This document shows positions 57,821 to 64,000 of a DNA stretch of 64,000 bases, piece after piece; position 1 is the stretch's first letter; every line of letters starts with the position of its first letter. The DNA lies in contig CAUYUJ010000037.1 in assembly GCA_963575745.1 (NCBI GenBank), forward strand, positions 248,001-312,000, given 5' to 3'. The notes under the pieces were generated by a model. It was not told where the DNA came from. It worked only from the letters and a program-made list of their open reading frames with translations, and searched no databases. The position numbers and the translations under genes are program-made. This DNA is from Prorocentrum cordatum (Eukaryota).

Positions 57821-58089
57821 TCGGGCGCCAGCGCGGGCGCGGGCTTTGCAGGAGGAGGAGAAGGAGGAGGAAAAGGAAAAGGAAAAGGAAGTGGAGAGGA
57901 GGAGGAGGAGGAGGAGGAAGAGGTGAAACAGAAACAGGCACAGGAACATGATGATGGTGATGATGATGATGAGGAGGAGGAGAGGAAGGAAAAAGAGGAG
58001 GAGGAGGAACAAGCGGAGGAAACATAACATGAGGCGATGGAGGAGGCAAAGGAGGAGGAGGAGGAGGAGGACGAGGGAGAGGGGGAGAG

Positions 58090-61045
<2,956 letters not shown>

Positions 61046-64000
61046 CAGGAGGTGGAGGAGGAGGAGGAGGAAGAGCAAAAGGAGGATCAGGGGAACCCTT
61101 TGTCGGACGCGCGTCGAGGAAAGGTCGTATGGAGGCTAGAGGTCTCGAGCGGCCGCGCGTGGCAAACGCGTCGACAGGGCGCACGTGCTAGCAGTGCTGT
61201 CCTCATCCTTTTTCCCCCATCTTCTCCCTCATACTCCTCATCCTCTCCTCCTCCAGGACGCGTGCCGATTCGTAGTGAATCTGCTGAGGGGCTCCGAGGC
61301 TTGTTCGTATCGCATATGCCGAGGGACCACGAGGCCGCCAGACCGACTCGTGACAGGGCGACCAAGAGAGTCGCATCCCCCATGCTGGCCATTCCGTGCT
61401 TGACGTGTTCACCAGGAGCCAGCCCCGCGGGGTCTTACCTGCCATTGCCTTAGATAAGCGTCCTCTCCTCTCTCCATCCTGCTTAGTGCTGTTAGCGTTT
61501 ACTGGGGTTGGCAGTTGTTGGTTCCTTCACTCTGGGTGTCAGCACCGCTTTTTCTTCCTCTTCAACTGCCCTGCTAGAGAACATGTGCCATTCACACCAC
61601 CTCCTGCGGTTTCGGGGGGCCGCTGAGACAGGATGTTGGCACGTACGGAGTCCAGACCGCCACTCCCTTGTGATGTTTACAGTGGGTTTTCGCGGCCGTG
61701 ACACGCCCAACATCCACGACAGCTCCAGTATGTTGGTCAATCTCCAAGTGTCCCAACATTAGTTCACGGCGTCCATGAAGGCACGCCGCATAGGATGCTC
61801 TGCGTTGTTATCGTTGCCCTCGTCACCGGTGCCCTCCTCGACGTCATTGGCGCATTCTTGGCGACTCGTCGCCTTGTGCGCACTTGCGCTTGTAACCACC
61901 GGCACCCGACAGCGCTGAAGGACGCCAGACTCGCACCCACCAGCGCTGATGGAGTCGACTCCTGAGCCAGCTCATGGTGTAGCCGTGGTCGCACGCACCA
62001 ATGCCTACGAGTAATGGTTGGTAACGGCTGTTTGTCGTTGCAGTTCAAGGTGCACGAGCGTGTGTTTAGTCGTGGAATGCGGAAGCCGTCGGAAGGCCAG
62101 TTGAAACCCGCGGAAGCAAACAAACATTGCGTCCCCAAGAGATGGCAAGGTTTTTGTGGTTCATGGTTTCCAGAGCCGGCCACATACTTATCGGTTCTCA
62201 GTGGCGTAATTCCCGTCATGTTAAAAGCGCGCTGCTCCGGGGCGAACGCATTGCAATATTGCCTCGTCGGCTTCCGCGGCACACGCGGCATTCTAACAAG
62301 ATCGCGCAGGGCCCAATGTATCTTGCTTCATGTACATTATCACACCATGCACATTCTCATGCACATTCTTACACCATCGCGCAGGGCCCAAAGTATCCCG
62401 CTTGAGTACACCATCACACCGTTCTCACACCATTAACTATCCCATGCAAAGTATCCCGCTTCACCAACATACTCAACTGAGCTACGCGCGGGGCGGCGCA
62501 CGAAGTTCAAATTGGCTGTAGAGTTGGGCCTCATGGCAGCTGAGCCTCATGGCAGTCCTTCCTCATCTTCTCCTCGTCATCGTCGTCCTCCACGTCCTTC
62601 CCTTCTGTGGAATGGACATGCAGGGTCAGAGGGCGGCAATGCTGACCAAGGAGCAAGTGTAATGGCCATGCCACGCACGAAACGGGGAGCATGAAACAAT
62701 TGACGAACATGTGAATACAGGCGGCGGAGTGGAGGTGCAAGAGGAGTGGGAAGAGGAGGAGAGGCAGGAGGAGCAGCAGGAGTAGAAGGATGATGTCCAT
62801 GAGAGGGGTCTGATGGTCCACCGTGGATGTTGGAGCGGGTCGCCTCAGTCTTGCGGCCCTCGAGGACTTTCAGAAGCTGCAGGACATGGTCTTGAAGCTG
62901 CGCGACGAGGCCCCCTTCACCTGTTCCCGCCCTCCCTGCTCCCCCCCCCCCCCGCCCGTGGCGGATTATCCATTTTGCCCCTTTACCCTCTCTCTCTCTC
63001 TCTTATGGCTGTATCTCTATCTCGTTATGTTCCTCGTTCTCCCTCTCTCTCTCGAGGGGGTGGGGGGAGGGAAGGGCGAGGAAAGTCCCGCACGCCCCCA
63101 GCAACAGGGCCCGGGGAGGGACGGCTTGCGGCGGCCAAGGGGCGCGGAACCGCGGCTGGGGCCACTGCTGAAAGAAAGCCCCGCCGAACCAAGGCGTTCT
63201 ACGAGGGAAAGGGAGGAGGAAGGAGGATGTGAAGGGGCAGGAGGGCAGACCGCGAACACCATGCAGGGGCGGCCGGGCGCAGGGGAGGGGGGAAGGGGGG
63301 GATGGGAAGGCGGGGGGATCGGGGGGCGGTCGTCGCGCCGTCGCTGTGGCGGGCGTGGTCGTGTTGATTGTCGTCACGGCGGTAGTTTTTCGTGGCGGTT
63401 GTGGTCTTCGTCTTGGTCGTGGTCGCTGCGCCGCGTGCGGTGGTGGTTGTGGGCGTTGCGGCTGGCAGCGTTGGTCGTGGTAGTCATCTGCAGCGGAATT
63501 GGCCGCGCTGGTGATCGACTTGGTCGACGATCATGACATCACCCTGGCCGTTCACGATGCACTAAGCAGCATCTCAACGTTGCCGAGGGCCAGACAGCGG
63601 TGAATTTTCTTCCATGTGGAATTACTCCAGACCCTTCGGTCTCAGGCAAGTCCTGGCCATACGGGCTGACGAAGGCGACCTGTTCTTCCGCTGCGTCCTA
63701 CTTTGGTCTAGCTTGCATATCGGAGTCTTTCCCTGCCTACGTGGCTACTTTGGGTTGGCCGCGCTCTTGTCTATATCGCTGCAGCCTCTGGCATTGTGGT
63801 TCAGCCAACCTTGGCTCAACTCGTTTGAGATTACCTTCACATGGCTTGTCTTACCGAAGATGTGACGGGTGAGGAAGGTAGGGGCAGGGTGAAGAGAAGA
63901 CCTTGGACGGGGGAAGAGGATGATGATGAGGAGGAGGAGTAGCAGGATGAAAAGGATAAAAATGGTAGTGGGGACCATCCCAAGTCGCATTCCGGGTGGG

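Noticed and set aside
61640..62440. 140-175 aa ORFs
   Set aside because: No recognisable motif or codon bias; possibly decayed transposon sequence but unsupported.

Overview
Eukaryotic, GC-rich, repeat-dominated DNA, almost certainly dinoflagellate: a perfect 22-nt dinoflagellate spliced leader (TCCGTAGCCATTTTGGCTCAAG) lies at 34745-34766. Most long ORFs in the track are artefacts of microsatellites and GC-rich satellites. The main feature is a structurally complete ~7.0-kb tyrosine-recombinase (DIRS/Ngaro-like) retrotransposon at 21021-28014 with identical split direct repeats (A1...B1-A2...B2). It has four overlapping ORFs: a small Cys-Pro/transmembrane protein, a gag-position ORF, a pol ORF and a tyrosine recombinase (YR). 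The pol frame stays open through the whole YR gene, so RT-RNase H is fused in frame to a C5-cytosine DNA methyltransferase. A full-length but decayed APE-RT-RNase H LINE (34745-40878) starts exactly at the spliced leader and has a 13-bp TSD in a CCT tract; an older similar LINE follows it head-to-tail. The window also holds an intronless Sec61-gamma gene with a relict SL, a Cys-rich gene fragment, a decayed RTE-like LINE, an RLE-type non-LTR 3' end and several hairpin or fold-back structures. All calls come from reading motifs by eye; no database searches were run.
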